A stretch of 64,000 nucleotides of DNA from Nitrospirota bacterium (lineage in GTDB: Bacteria; Nitrospirota; UBA9217): positions 32,001-96,000 of the forward strand of contig CAVVOB010000015.1 in the NCBI GenBank assembly GCA_963749655.1, in the 5' to 3' direction. Every line of letters begins with the position of its first letter. The first letter of the stretch is position 1. Position numbers and translations under genes: made by a program. This document shows, piece after piece, positions 42,764-53,062 of this stretch. The notes beneath the pieces were generated by a model that had not been told where the DNA came from, ran no database searches, and worked only from the letters and a program-made list of their open reading frames with translations.

Positions 42764-45385
42764 TCATGCGACACCCCGCCGCTGCCTCACGAATTCCAGC
42801 TCCTCCGTGTCGTTCGTCACCTTGCCGTCAAGTCTGGCGATCAGCAGTTCTGCCATGATCTGCCGGTACCGCGGCCCCGGCGGGATACCGAGGTGTTTGA
42901 GGTCGTCCCCCGTGAGCGATATACGGATCGTGCGGAGGCGGGTGAGGTACAACGATATGTATTTTCTGGCACGTTCCTGACGCGCTTTGGCCATCATCAG
43001 GAGTATGGCCTCGATGTCCAGCGCCGAGAGCAGTTCATAAATCCTGCTGGGCGGCAGCTCCGACTCTTTGTAGAATATGTACAGAATGTCACGGGTGCGG
43101 ATCCTCGCCTGTCGCACCCGTTCCCGGGTGCGGACCGGAACCGCAAGGCGTTCAAGCGCCTCGGCTGCCGACGCATCCTTCATCCTGTCCATCAGCCCGA
43201 GCAAATACACGAACCACCGGTCGACTTTCAGGTCAAGGTAGAGCAACCTGAACCAGGTCAGGGTCTCGCCGATGCCGGAAAACAGCCGTTCGAGCTCCGT
43301 CGATCCCTTCAAGTTGGGGTGAAAGAACTTGAGGAGGTCCAGCTCTTTCATCCGCTTTAAAACTTTGAGCGGCTCCGCCTCGGAAAACATCAGAACAAGC
43401 TCCGTGTAGATCCGCTCGCCTGTCAGGCGGTCGAACAGCTTCATGGCCACCGCCGTCTTGATCAGGTTCTGGGTATGCTTGCTCAGGTGGAAGTCGAAGC
43501 GCTGTTCGAACCTGATGGCCCGCAGCACCCTCGTCGGGTCCTCGACAAAAGACAGGCTGTGCAGCACCCGTATTGTCCTGTCCTTGATGTCGCGCAGCCC
43601 GCCGAAAAAGTCTATGAGGTCTCCATACCGCTGATGATTGAGACGGACTGCAAGGGTGTTGATTGTGAAATCCCTGCGATAGAGGTCTTTTTTTATGGAA
43701 GACAATTCAACCGTGGGTAGGGCTGCCGGTGACTGATAGTATTCAAGCCGCGCCGTTGCAATATCGAGTTTGAGCCCGTTGGGAAGCACGACGACCGCAG
43801 TACCGAACTTCTGGTGTGTTTTCATGCGGCCCCCCGCCTTTTGCACCAGCATGCCGGCGAAGGTGATGCCGTCTCCTTCTACGACGATATCGACGTCACG
43901 GTTCACGACGCGCAGAAAGAGATCACGCACGATGCCGCCCACCAGGTAGACCGGAAATCCGATCTCGTCTCCGATGTCACCGACGACATGGAGGGCATCG
44001 CGCACGTCCGGCGGAACGCGCTCCTCGATCAGGCCCCGGATGTTCCTCATCGACCGAAGCGATGCGTCGTCCGATTCGGGCACGTCGGCGAGCCGTTCCT
44101 CGTGAAGCGAACGAAGCAGATCAGTGCGGGTAATGGCGCCCACGAGCGTCCCCGTCCGGTTGAGAACGGGAAGGAACCGCTGGTGTTCTTCGATCATTAT
44201 CCGCTCAACCTGGCCGAGCGGCGTGTCCGGAGATACCAGGGGACCGCCGCTGGTCATGAAATCATCCACCCGCTGCTTCCCCAAGCCGTGAAAGAGGGCC
44301 TTTTGAACCACCTCGCGCGTGATGATTCCCCGGTAGGACTCTCCATCCAGCACCGGGAGGACATTGACACTGAACCGTGTCATGGCTTCACCGGCGTCGG
44401 CTATGGTGCTGTCGAGGGGTATCGTCTTCACCGGTGAGGTCATGATCTCACCGGCGTCGGGACCGGGTTTAATGTGCTTCTTCAGGATATCGATGAGGCG
44501 TTCGCGGGTCTGAAGATAGGTCATGTCCCTGACCACGGCGGAAGCGGCGGTGGCATGGCCGCCGCCGCCCAGCTGCTCAAGCACCAGCCCCGCGTTCACC
44601 TGAGGGATGCGGCAGCGTGCGATGACGTGGGTCTTGTCGCCCATCTGTACGACAAGGAAGAGCACGTCAACGCTCTCCATGTCCCGGATTTTATGCGCAA
44701 GGTTCGCAAGATCGGGGACAAAATGAGGAATTGCCAGTGAGGAGATAATAACGGGCACGCCGTTGATATCGTAGCTCTTCGCGGTCTCGATCAGATTGTT
44801 CAGGATCGAGATCTGCTCCGCAGTCGGCTCACGTGAAATGAAGTCGGCGATGATGTTCAGCTGTGCCCCCTGGGAAACAAGAAAGGCCGCGGCCAGGATA
44901 TCCCGCTCGGTGGTCGAAATAAAGGTAAGAGATCCCGTTTCCTCGTAGATGCCGAGCGCCATGATCGTTGCTTCAAGCGCAGTCAGGGGGATGTTCCGCT
45001 TCCGGAGCTGCTCGACCATGATGGTGGTCGTGGCTCCGATCTCCTCGATCGCCTCATACTCCCCTCGGATGTCTCCTTCCGCATGAGGGTGGTGGTCATA
45101 GATGTGCACCGACACATCGGGACGCTTCAAGGCGGCGGCGAGCTTCCCGAGCCGCATCGGATTCCGGTTGTCGACGATGATGAGACGGGTTACGGCGTCG
45201 ACATCGACATTCTTCAGGCGCTCGAATTCGAGCGCATAAAACATGGATTCCAGGAAAAAATCCCGCATGCTCTTTTCCTGAGAACCGGGAAAAACGAGTT
45301 TTGCGTCGGGATAAAGCTTCTTCGCCGCGACCATTGAAGCCAGAGCGTCGAAGTCGGCATTCGTATGGCTGGTTATGACTTCCAT
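42764..45385 (-). CDS. DHH-CBS tRNA nucleotidyltransferase (probably A-adding type)
   Basis: H.NADFD, DHH, GGGGH, CBS pair, VGGIVRD, DVDIVV, DLYRRDFTIN, EDPTRVLRA. Confidence 0.92.
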   Translation of the reverse strand: MEVITSHTNADFDALASMVAAKKLYPDAKLVFPGSQEKSMRDFFLESMFYALEFERLKNVDVDAVTRLIIVDNRNPMRLGKLAAALKRPDVSVHIYDHHPHAEGDIRGEYEAIEEIGATTTIMVEQLRKRNIPLTALEATIMALGIYEETGSLTFISTTERDILAAAFLVSQGAQLNIIADFISREPTAEQISILNNLIETAKSYDINGVPVIISSLAIPHFVPDLANLAHKIRDMESVDVLFLVVQMGDKTHVIARCRIPQVNAGLVLEQLGGGGHATAASAVVRDMTYLQTRERLIDILKKHIKPGPDAGEIMTSPVKTIPLDSTIADAGEAMTRFSVNVLPVLDGESYRGIITREVVQKALFHGLGKQRVDDFMTSGGPLVSPDTPLGQVERIMIEEHQRFLPVLNRTGTLVGAITRTDLLRSLHEERLADVPESDDASLRSMRNIRGLIEERVPPDVRDALHVVGDIGDEIGFPVYLVGGIVRDLFLRVVNRDVDIVVEGDGITFAGMLVQKAGGRMKTHQKFGTAVVVLPNGLKLDIATARLEYYQSPAALPTVELSSIKKDLYRRDFTINTLAVRLNHQRYGDLIDFFGGLRDIKDRTIRVLHSLSFVEDPTRVLRAIRFEQRFDFHLSKHTQNLIKTAVAMKLFDRLTGERIYTELVLMFSEAEPLKVLKRMKELDLLKFFHPNLKGSTELERLFSGIGETLTWFRLLYLDLKVDRWFVYLLGLMDRMKDASAAEALERLAVPVRTRERVRQARIRTRDILYIFYKESELPPSRIYELLSALDIEAILLMMAKARQERARKYISLYLTRLRTIRISLTGDDLKHLGIPPGPRYRQIMAELLIARLDGKVTNDTEELEFVRQRRGVA

Positions 45386-45474
45386 AGTTATATTGGAAAA
45401 TTGCGGAAATTGCGGATTTTAATCTCTGAAATTTGCATGTAGCATTCCGAAATCCGCATTCACATTCGTTTGCA

Positions 45475-46356
45475 TCATCCCCTCGGATGATATTTTTCAT
45501 GTATTCGCCGGAGCCGCTCCTTTGATACATGGGTATAGATCTGCGTTGTTGATATGTCAGAATGTCCCAGCATGGCCTGGACCGACCGCAGGTCCGCGCC
45601 GTTGTCCAGCAGGTGGGTGGCAAAGGAATGCCTGAGCGTATGGGGCGATACGTTTCTTTCAATGCCCCCCTTCCTGGCATAGAACTTGATGCGTTCCCAG
45701 AACATCTGTCGCGTGATTCTCATCCGCTTTGAGCTGATGAACAAATAGTCGGAGTCGGCGGTCTTCAAGAGAGCACGCCGCCCGTGGTCCAGATAATTCT
45801 GCAGATGAACAGACGCAGCCTCGCCGATCGGAACGGCTCTTTCTTTGGATCCCTTTCCGATGACCATGAGAAATCCGCGTTCCAGATTCACGTCGTTGAG
45901 CCTTAGTTCGACAAGCTCGCTCACACGGAGACCTGTTGCGTAGAGCAGCTCCAGCATGGCCTTGTCGCGCATTCCGATATTGGTTGCACGATCTGGCTGA
46001 TCGAGAAGCACATCGACATCGGCTGCAGAGATCGTCCGGGGAAGGCGCTGCCACCCCCGGGGAGTGTCGAGATTGGACGTCGGATCGCGGTCGGACAGGC
46101 CGTCGATCTGCAGGTACTTATGAAATCCTTTGATTGCGGCAAGACACCGGGCAAGCGAAGCGGGGGCTATCCCGGAGGAGGAACGGAACGCTAAAAAAGT
46201 GGCCACATCATCCTGAGAGATTTCGTCCGGCGCCGCAGCGCCGACGAATTCGAAATAGCCGCGGAGGTCCCGCTCATAGGACAAAATCGTGTTGCGGGCA
46301 AGTCCTTTTTCAACGGCGAGATAATTCAAGTATTTCCCGATGATCAAGTAGTCCAT
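45475..46356 (-). CDS. xerD: Site-specific tyrosine recombinase XerD
   Basis: EKGLARNT, LYATGLRVSEL, GKGSKER, HTLRHSFATH, LRSVQAMLGH.DISTTQIY. Confidence 0.93.
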   Translation of the reverse strand: MDYLIIGKYLNYLAVEKGLARNTILSYERDLRGYFEFVGAAAPDEISQDDVATFLAFRSSSGIAPASLARCLAAIKGFHKYLQIDGLSDRDPTSNLDTPRGWQRLPRTISAADVDVLLDQPDRATNIGMRDKAMLELLYATGLRVSELVELRLNDVNLERGFLMVIGKGSKERAVPIGEAASVHLQNYLDHGRRALLKTADSDYLFISSKRMRITRQMFWERIKFYARKGGIERNVSPHTLRHSFATHLLDNGADLRSVQAMLGHSDISTTQIYTHVSKERLRRIHEKYHPRG

Positions 46357-46555
46357 GGCATTCCGTGCACCGGTTGATCCTGATGTCTGATTTTATGTCA
46401 TTGCACGGGAAAAAGCAAGGATATGGCGGGATAACGCAGATTGAAGCCCCTGGCACCGCTGTCGGACTTGACGGCGCTGCCGGCGGAGTGCGGAACTGCG
46501 AGATTGCAGCACTCGGTGCAGTGCGGTGAATGCCTTCGGGAAGAGCGGAGGACAA

Positions 46556-47557
46556 TCAGGGGGCTTTCAGGTACTGAAAGACCTCGATCCTTTTATTAAT
46601 CTGGTCGGCAACGTAAATACGGTCGTTTTCGTCTATGGCGATGGCAGCAGGCAGATGGAATTGGCCCGCCCGGGGGCCGAGCCCGCCGATGAACATCAGG
46701 GTATTTCCTTCCTGGTCGAAAATCTGGAAATTGCTGAAGGCCCCATCAGTCACATAGATGTGGCCGTCGGAATCAACGGCGATCCCTTTTGGATTTGCGA
46801 ATTGCCCCGGCTGGTCCCCGACGCTCCCGAACTTTCTCAGGAACTTGCCGTCCGCCGTGAATATCTGCACTCTGAAATTACCGCTGTCGAGAACATATAC
46901 GGTTCCCGCATGATCGACCGTAATGGACAGCGGGAGATTGAATTTTCCGTCATCCCTTCCCAGGCCGCCGAAGGTAAACAGGGTTTTGCCTGCAAGGTCG
47001 AGAACCCGCACTTTGTGACTGTTCCGTTCGACTACATACAACCTTCCCAGCGAATCGTTGATGGCGACGGCCACCGGCCTGTTCTCCACGGGAAAGCTGG
47101 TTTTATAGGTGCGATTAGCGCCATATACCATAATTTTCGATAAACCCGCATCTGCAATATACACGTTGCCCTTTGCATCAGCTGCTATCGAAGCCGGACT
47201 TCGCAACCCTTCTCTGAAGCCCAGCAGGAACATCCGTTTTTCCGAGAAAGCGAAGATCATTGCGTTTTTCAAGATGAGGTCGGTAACATAGAGCTTGCCG
47301 CCCTGTGAAAAAACGCCGTATGGTCTCTCCATTGTGTCGATATAGTCCTTGCCGAAAAGCTTTTCTTTGAACGAATAGACTCTGTCGATATCGTCTTCTG
47401 AATAAATGGACTCGACGTACTTGATTCGCGGTTGATCGGGCGGCAAGGGCCAGAGCAGGTTGGTGGGCTCAACACGCCTGTTCGCGGGATTGCAGGCAAA
47501 AACAGGCAGCAACAAAAGCATTGAAACGGCAATAAGGGAGCTACGACGAAATGTCAT
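46556..47557 (-). CDS. NHL-repeat beta-propeller lipoprotein
   Basis: VFAC lipobox, WPLPPDQPRI, repeated F..P.GIAVD..G.IYV.D. Confidence 0.88.
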   Translation of the reverse strand: MTFRRSSLIAVSMLLLLPVFACNPANRRVEPTNLLWPLPPDQPRIKYVESIYSEDDIDRVYSFKEKLFGKDYIDTMERPYGVFSQGGKLYVTDLILKNAMIFAFSEKRMFLLGFREGLRSPASIAADAKGNVYIADAGLSKIMVYGANRTYKTSFPVENRPVAVAINDSLGRLYVVERNSHKVRVLDLAGKTLFTFGGLGRDDGKFNLPLSITVDHAGTVYVLDSGNFRVQIFTADGKFLRKFGSVGDQPGQFANPKGIAVDSDGHIYVTDGAFSNFQIFDQEGNTLMFIGGLGPRAGQFHLPAAIAIDENDRIYVADQINKRIEVFQYLKAP

Positions 47558-47567
47558 CGGGAAAAAC

Positions 47568-48608
47568 TCATTTCACATATTGGAAGGTCTGCACACGGCC
47601 GTTTGTTTGATCGGCGATGTAGATACGATTTTGCTCATCAATGTAGATGCCCGCCGGCATCCAAAAATCTCCGGAAAGACTCCCTGTTCTTCCCCAAGTC
47701 AGCAGGAAAATGCCTTCCGGATCGAACACAAGGATATTATTGCTTACCGAATCGGTAACGTATAAGTGTCCGTCGGCATCCACCGCTATGCCTTTCGGCT
47801 GAATGGCATACCCGGGCATTGTACCAGAAAGACTGAAGGACTTCAAGAATTTACCCTCGGAATCGTACTCATACACGCTCCTGCGAAGGGTATCGAGTAC
47901 GAAAACGTTCCCCTTGGAATCAAGGGCGACCGCGCCGGGAAACTTGAAATCCTCGGACTTTTTCCCCGTGGCACCGATATCGAACAGATGATCGCCGTTC
48001 GTACTGAACACTTTCACCTGATGGGTGTGAGTGTCAGCGACATAGAGTCTGTTGCGAAAATTATCGACAGCGAGGCCTCCTGGTCTGGAGAGGGAGTTTA
48101 TCTGCCTGGATATGGGCCCGAGGGTGCCGCCGAGGACTAAGCTGACATTTCCATTTCTGTCAAAGCCGAATACTTTTCCCTGCTGCGCATCAGAGACAAA
48201 AACGACGCCTGCAGAGTCCACAGCGATGCCGGAAGGAGAGAGCAATTTCAGCTGACTTCCCGCGGTCGGAGCCGCATTGTTCAGGATCGTAACGTTGCGG
48301 TTCCCTCTGTCGAATATGAACACCCGGGCGGGCGATGCATCGGTCACATAAACGCGGAAAGCATCGGCGTAGACGGAATTAGGCGCCTGAAGGGTAGTAG
48401 CGCGGTCGGTGTTGTATGCAATGTCCTTGAAGCTTTCCCCGCGAAGGCTCGCTTCGTTCCGGAGGGTTTCCACATAGAGAAACGAAAGGCCTTTCTGCGC
48501 GGCTGCATCCTCTTTTCCGATGATGACGCTGCAGCCGGCAGCGCAAAGAGCGACAATGAAAAGTCCTGTGTATAAGGTTCGTGAGATCATAGGTAATTTT
48601 GCCTGCAT
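47568..48608 (-). CDS. NHL-repeat beta-propeller lipoprotein
   Basis: AAGC lipobox; repeated P.GIAVD..G..YV.D units. Confidence 0.88.
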   Translation of the reverse strand: MQAKLPMISRTLYTGLFIVALCAAGCSVIIGKEDAAAQKGLSFLYVETLRNEASLRGESFKDIAYNTDRATTLQAPNSVYADAFRVYVTDASPARVFIFDRGNRNVTILNNAAPTAGSQLKLLSPSGIAVDSAGVVFVSDAQQGKVFGFDRNGNVSLVLGGTLGPISRQINSLSRPGGLAVDNFRNRLYVADTHTHQVKVFSTNGDHLFDIGATGKKSEDFKFPGAVALDSKGNVFVLDTLRRSVYEYDSEGKFLKSFSLSGTMPGYAIQPKGIAVDADGHLYVTDSVSNNILVFDPEGIFLLTWGRTGSLSGDFWMPAGIYIDEQNRIYIADQTNGRVQTFQYVK

Positions 48609-48659
48609 TCAAACTGGGACAATTATAGCATATATTTTCTTCCAGATGAAACCAGAAAA

Positions 48660-50549
48660 TCATTTCTTCCGATGGCAAATAGTGCACAATTCATTGCGAT
48701 TTCTGATATCGTAGGCAAACAGATCCTTGGATTCTGCGCTGTGTGGATCATGACAACTGGAACAGGTCAGGCGCCGTCCCGGACGCAGCGGATCGGATTT
48801 GAGCCTGGTAGGATGCGTGATCCCCGTCAGGAGGCCGGTGATGACATGGACACCCGATGCTTTTTCCGAGTGGCAGGTGGTGCACACATCCCACGTTGAC
48901 TTTCTGAGCCAGAAACGCTGGTTGCTGGCGTGCGGATCATGACAGAGAGTGCAGTAACCAGCCTCGGTTGGCCCGTGTTTAAAGGTTTTAGCGAGCACTT
49001 CGCCGTGGCATTTAAGACAGACTTCCTTCACGGTCAGGTTGTTTGTTGTGGCGGCATCCTGATCGAAAACCCTTGCATACTGTTTGGACCCGAGAACATA
49101 GGTTATTTTCGTCTGGGCCGGAAGCTGAGCGCCCTTTGCGTCTTTTTTTACGACATAGGAGAGGGTTTCGGAGAAATTCCCGTCCATATTTCCAAGGTCC
49201 CAAACCAGATCGGAATCCTTTGCCCTGGGTTCCTTGGCGCTTCCCTGGAAATGCCCGCTCCCCTTCAAATAATGGACACCGGAAGGAATCCTTTCTGTGA
49301 GAGTAATTTTTTCAACCCTTGGCCCCTTAGTATAGGACATACTGATGAGCACCCTTTCCCGGTCCGTGAGAAGGGGTAGGTTCCGGCTGTTCGTTATCGC
49401 AACGTCGGCAGGATATACGACTACCTCGACGCGGTTGTTGAGTTCTCTGCCCTCCTGTGTACCATTGTCGGCCTTGGGCAGTGTGTCGCCCATGCCGACC
49501 GCAGTGATGTTTCTCGCCGGCGCGATCTTCGCTTCCTCCAATAATGCCGCGACGGCCTTTGCACGTTCCGCGGACAAAGCTTCGTTACTGACGAAGCCCT
49601 TCCCTTTTTTCGGCCCATTGTCCGTATGCCCTTCAATGCGTACACGGTCTCCCGGACTCGCTTTCACGTAAGCAATAACGTCTTTCAGTATTTCCAGGGC
49701 TTTATTCCGCGAAACGAGGACCGCGCTGGACGGCATGAACAGCTCCGTGCTCGAAAGCGTGTAGAGTACCGGTTCGACCGGCTGCACGGTTTTGGCGACC
49801 CTCCAGGGATCAAAGGACAAGAATTGATATTTCACAGGGTAGATGGCCGGGTCGTGACAACCGAGACAGTTCCAGACGGCCGCGGGACCATGCACATGGA
49901 TGCCTGTCGGTATGCTGTTGTGACAGGTGAAGCAGAGAACATCTTCAGGCTTTTTATGGGCGTAATCTTCGCTCGTCGCCTCCATCCGGTGACAGCCCGA
50001 GCATTCCGCTTCGTGTTCTCGTGAATGAAAAAGAGCCTGAGTAAAACCGGCCGGCGGCGCCCCTTTGAACGACGCCTCCCGGTTATATACGCGAAGATCG
50101 CGAGTTGCGTAGGTCTTCAAGACAGTCAGGTTCTTTTCATTCTTTACCTGAATGATGAACCTGACGGTGATCGTGTTTGCCCCCGGCTGGAGTGCAAGCC
50201 CCTGGGAAGCATGCTTTCCCGTAGAGCTGTCGATGACGGGATATTCTGTTTTATTGTTTACGACGGCCTGGAAAAACGGGGTTTTCGACCAGTCGGCGGC
50301 GGGGTCGAGGACGAGATTCACCCTGCTGTTGACCAGCGAATCCGGTCTGGGATAGAGGATTTTTACAGGCGGAGCATCCGCAGCCAGAACGTATGTTTCT
50401 GCACACAGGCAAGCAAGAACCAACGGAACTATGCAAACAAATAATCTGGTCAAAAGATGCCCCTGGTCATCGTTCCCGGTCAACGATTTGAAATGAGAGA
50501 CGCTTCTTCCGTGAGAGACGGGCTCAGCGGGAGTAGGTCTTTTGTTCAT
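48660..50549 (-). CDS. Octaheme cytochrome c with inserted OmpA-like and DUF11-like domains
   Basis: 8 CxxCH (3 N-terminal, 5 C-terminal); IEGHTDN..LSAERA..NNRVEV OmpA domain; LTERIPSGVHY..LVWDLG. Confidence 0.85.
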   Translation of the reverse strand: MNKRPTPAEPVSHGRSVSHFKSLTGNDDQGHLLTRLFVCIVPLVLACLCAETYVLAADAPPVKILYPRPDSLVNSRVNLVLDPAADWSKTPFFQAVVNNKTEYPVIDSSTGKHASQGLALQPGANTITVRFIIQVKNEKNLTVLKTYATRDLRVYNREASFKGAPPAGFTQALFHSREHEAECSGCHRMEATSEDYAHKKPEDVLCFTCHNSIPTGIHVHGPAAVWNCLGCHDPAIYPVKYQFLSFDPWRVAKTVQPVEPVLYTLSSTELFMPSSAVLVSRNKALEILKDVIAYVKASPGDRVRIEGHTDNGPKKGKGFVSNEALSAERAKAVAALLEEAKIAPARNITAVGMGDTLPKADNGTQEGRELNNRVEVVVYPADVAITNSRNLPLLTDRERVLISMSYTKGPRVEKITLTERIPSGVHYLKGSGHFQGSAKEPRAKDSDLVWDLGNMDGNFSETLSYVVKKDAKGAQLPAQTKITYVLGSKQYARVFDQDAATTNNLTVKEVCLKCHGEVLAKTFKHGPTEAGYCTLCHDPHASNQRFWLRKSTWDVCTTCHSEKASGVHVITGLLTGITHPTRLKSDPLRPGRRLTCSSCHDPHSAESKDLFAYDIRNRNELCTICHRKK

Positions 50550-51858
50550 GGCACCCCGGCGCGCATGATCCTCCGGTCTTGCTCGGGCTGTAATTCATCG
50601 GCATGAGCCAGCCGTTGAACCCCACCGTCTGCCGAACATGATGCAATGACCCGCTGTCGGCGTGGACTTCATGACAGGCCCTGCAGGTCCTCCCTTTTGC
50701 CGCCTTGTTTACATGAAAATAATGAAGATTCTTTCGCCCGTTCCTGAAAGCGGTAGCGTCGTCCGTTCGTGGCTCCTGGAAGGCCGTTTTGTCATGACAG
50801 GAGAAACAGAGCGCATACTTGCCGTCGGAATAGGACGTGTAGAAATCTGCCGGATAATAGCGCGTCAAAATGCGCCAATAGTCCGATCCATGGGGATTGT
50901 GACAGGAGGTGCAGTCCTTGTTCTGTACTGGGCCATGACTGTTCTTCTGGGTTGCAAGCCAAGTTTTCATGTCCATGATCCTGCCGCGTTCCGTATCGAA
51001 TTGTTTGTTATGGCAGCGCAGACAAAGGTCCATCTCAGGCTCGGGCAGGAGGCGTGCGTTGTCGGAGTAGTGCGGATCGTGGCAATTCAAGCACGTTTTG
51101 GCGTCGATCATGGGACCATGCTTGACTGCGGCTTTTTCCATCAGCGACGTTTCGCCCGGATGGCACTTGGAGCACAAGGCCGGGACCGGAGCCGACATCA
51201 TCGCTTTGTTCGCAGATCCGTGCGGGTTGTGGCATTGCACGCACGATTGCCGGACAGGCTGATGAGATGACTTCTTTATTTTCAGACCGTCTTCTTTGTC
51301 AGGATGGCAGGTAAAACACAGCTTATTCCCCTCCGCAATCAGTCTGTGCGGAAAATCACTTTGATGGTTGTCATGACAGCCGGAACAGTCGCCTCCGGCC
51401 ACGGGAGGGTGCATGACCTTCTGCTTCATCATGCTGTCAGGATGGCACTGGAAGCAAAGGCTGGGTACGGTGTCCTTCAGCATGCCTTTATTCGGAGAAC
51501 CGTGGGGATTATGGCACGTAGTACAGTCTTTCCCCATGATCGGAGCATGAACCGTCTTTTTCGTGTTTTTCGGCTCATGGCACATATAGCAGAGGTCTGA
51601 ATCTGATTGGACCAGGGAAATCGTCAGGTTACCCGGATGCTTCGCATTCTTTTTTGCAGGTTCCTGCGTCACCTGGTGACAAGTGGAGCATCCATCCTTG
51701 ACAGGAGCATGAACAAACTTGAATTTCGTGAATTTAGAGTGGCAGGAGCCCGAGATGCAGGATTCGGTTTGAGAGAAGGACGGAGAAACGAGCATGGTGT
51801 TCATCGTGACGATCAACAAGGAGAACAATAAAATGTCCCTTATAGGTTCTTTATTCAT
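50524..51858 (-). CDS. Multiheme cytochrome c (~15 hemes, doubled-CxxCH repeats)
   Basis: Signal peptide; 13 CxxCH plus CISGSCH and CAPGCH; H.P..C..CH.PH repeats. Confidence 0.9.
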   Translation of the reverse strand: MNKEPIRDILLFSLLIVTMNTMLVSPSFSQTESCISGSCHSKFTKFKFVHAPVKDGCSTCHQVTQEPAKKNAKHPGNLTISLVQSDSDLCYMCHEPKNTKKTVHAPIMGKDCTTCHNPHGSPNKGMLKDTVPSLCFQCHPDSMMKQKVMHPPVAGGDCSGCHDNHQSDFPHRLIAEGNKLCFTCHPDKEDGLKIKKSSHQPVRQSCVQCHNPHGSANKAMMSAPVPALCSKCHPGETSLMEKAAVKHGPMIDAKTCLNCHDPHYSDNARLLPEPEMDLCLRCHNKQFDTERGRIMDMKTWLATQKNSHGPVQNKDCTSCHNPHGSDYWRILTRYYPADFYTSYSDGKYALCFSCHDKTAFQEPRTDDATAFRNGRKNLHYFHVNKAAKGRTCRACHEVHADSGSLHHVRQTVGFNGWLMPMNYSPSKTGGSCAPGCHEQKTYSR

Positions 51859-51937
51859 ATTCGTAAAACTCCCTGTTGTTTGTAAATGATTGGCGAGATG
51901 ATGATTGATAAATATTCTTTTTATCCAAGGTAAAAAC

Positions 51938-51953
51938 TGCAAATTATGTGCCC
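51938..51953 (-). promoter_or_regulatory. Sigma-54 promoter of cytochrome/NHL operon
   Basis: Minus strand GGGCACATAATTTGCA = GG-N10-GC. Confidence 0.72.
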
Positions 51954-52035
51954 GTAAAAAGAAATCAGAAATACTAGCAAGACTATGATTTTATGAAGAT
52001 AATTAATCTACTATCTAATATGAATTAACATCTTT

Positions 52036-52051
52036 TGAGCAAATATGCTCA
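52036..52051. promoter_or_regulatory. Palindromic putative enhancer (bEBP site)
   Basis: TGAGCAAATATGCTCA, ~83 bp upstream of the -24 element; near-identical copy at 60535. Confidence 0.6.
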
Positions 52052-52248
52052 TAACAATTAATTATCGCTCTAGAGGAAAAGGACCGCCGAGAAAAAAGAA
52101 TTACCCTTAATTACGTACGGCCGGCAAAAACCGCTTTTCCGGCAACGTAAAATACCAATCCCTACAATCGATCTGTAGTCCGGATCACGGGAAAAAAGGG
52201 GCGCGTACGCTCAGTGCGGGGAAAACGGACAAGGGGGGACCAAGCCCA

Positions 52249-53010
52249 TTATTCAAGATCGGGATGACAGCGCTTACAATCCTGAATCGGGAAAGCAACA
52301 GTCAGATGGCAGGCTCCGCAGAACATTCCTTTATTGATGTAGTCCATGCGGAAATGCTTTGTGCCTTTTTTCTGGATATTAAAGATATCAGGATGACAGT
52401 CTGCGCAATCAAGCCACTCTGTATGCTTCAGATGAGGAAAAACGGCTCTGGTCTTTATCATGTTCCATTCCGGTTCAAGACGCAGGTTTTTGTCGAAGGG
52501 AATCGGCTCATAATTATCCGTAAGGCTCTGATGCGGTTTTATCATTTTTTTCCTGAGAGCCTTCACCCAGTTCACTTGATCGCCGTATCTCGCCCGGGGA
52601 AGGTTGTCCAGTTCCGAGTACCTGGCGTCTGTGGATCCGATGTTTCCGGTATGGCAGAGCAGACAGGTCTCTTCGGTGACTGCGAACGCAATGGTTCCGT
52701 TATGGCAGGCGCCGCAATACTCGCCCTTTTTGATCTTTGCGTCGGTGATGTCGGTTGCATTCGCTTTCATTGCGAAATTAAGCTCAAAGTGACAGACACG
52801 GCACGTATAATACCGCCGATGGACCCAATGGGAAAAAGACACTGGCGGATGCGTGCTGCTGGCGGTCAATCTGCTGATGAGGACATTGCCGTACCGTGCA
52901 GGCGGAGGGAGTTGCGGAAGGTTAAAAACGTCGTCGAACTGGGTGCCGGCAGCCATTGCGGCATGACTCACGGCACCCAGCAGAACGAAGAAAAAAACTA
53001 CTACTCGCAT
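52249..53010 (-). CDS. Hexaheme cytochrome, two c(7)-type triheme domains
   Basis: FSHWVH..CRVCH, YCGACH, CLLCH; FPH..H..CADCH, FCGACH, CKRCH. Confidence 0.9.
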   Translation of the reverse strand: MRVVVFFFVLLGAVSHAAMAAGTQFDDVFNLPQLPPPARYGNVLISRLTASSTHPPVSFSHWVHRRYYTCRVCHFELNFAMKANATDITDAKIKKGEYCGACHNGTIAFAVTEETCLLCHTGNIGSTDARYSELDNLPRARYGDQVNWVKALRKKMIKPHQSLTDNYEPIPFDKNLRLEPEWNMIKTRAVFPHLKHTEWLDCADCHPDIFNIQKKGTKHFRMDYINKGMFCGACHLTVAFPIQDCKRCHPDLE

Positions 53011-53062
53011 AAATTACCTGGCTTTGCCATCTGCCAATCGTGAAGTTCCTGCATGAAACCGA

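Noticed and set aside
45475-46356. Tyrosine recombinase as the integrase of an island carrying the cytochrome/motor cluster
   Set aside because: Length and motifs (LRSVQAMLGH, STTQIYTHV) fit housekeeping XerD; no att repeats or dif site were seen
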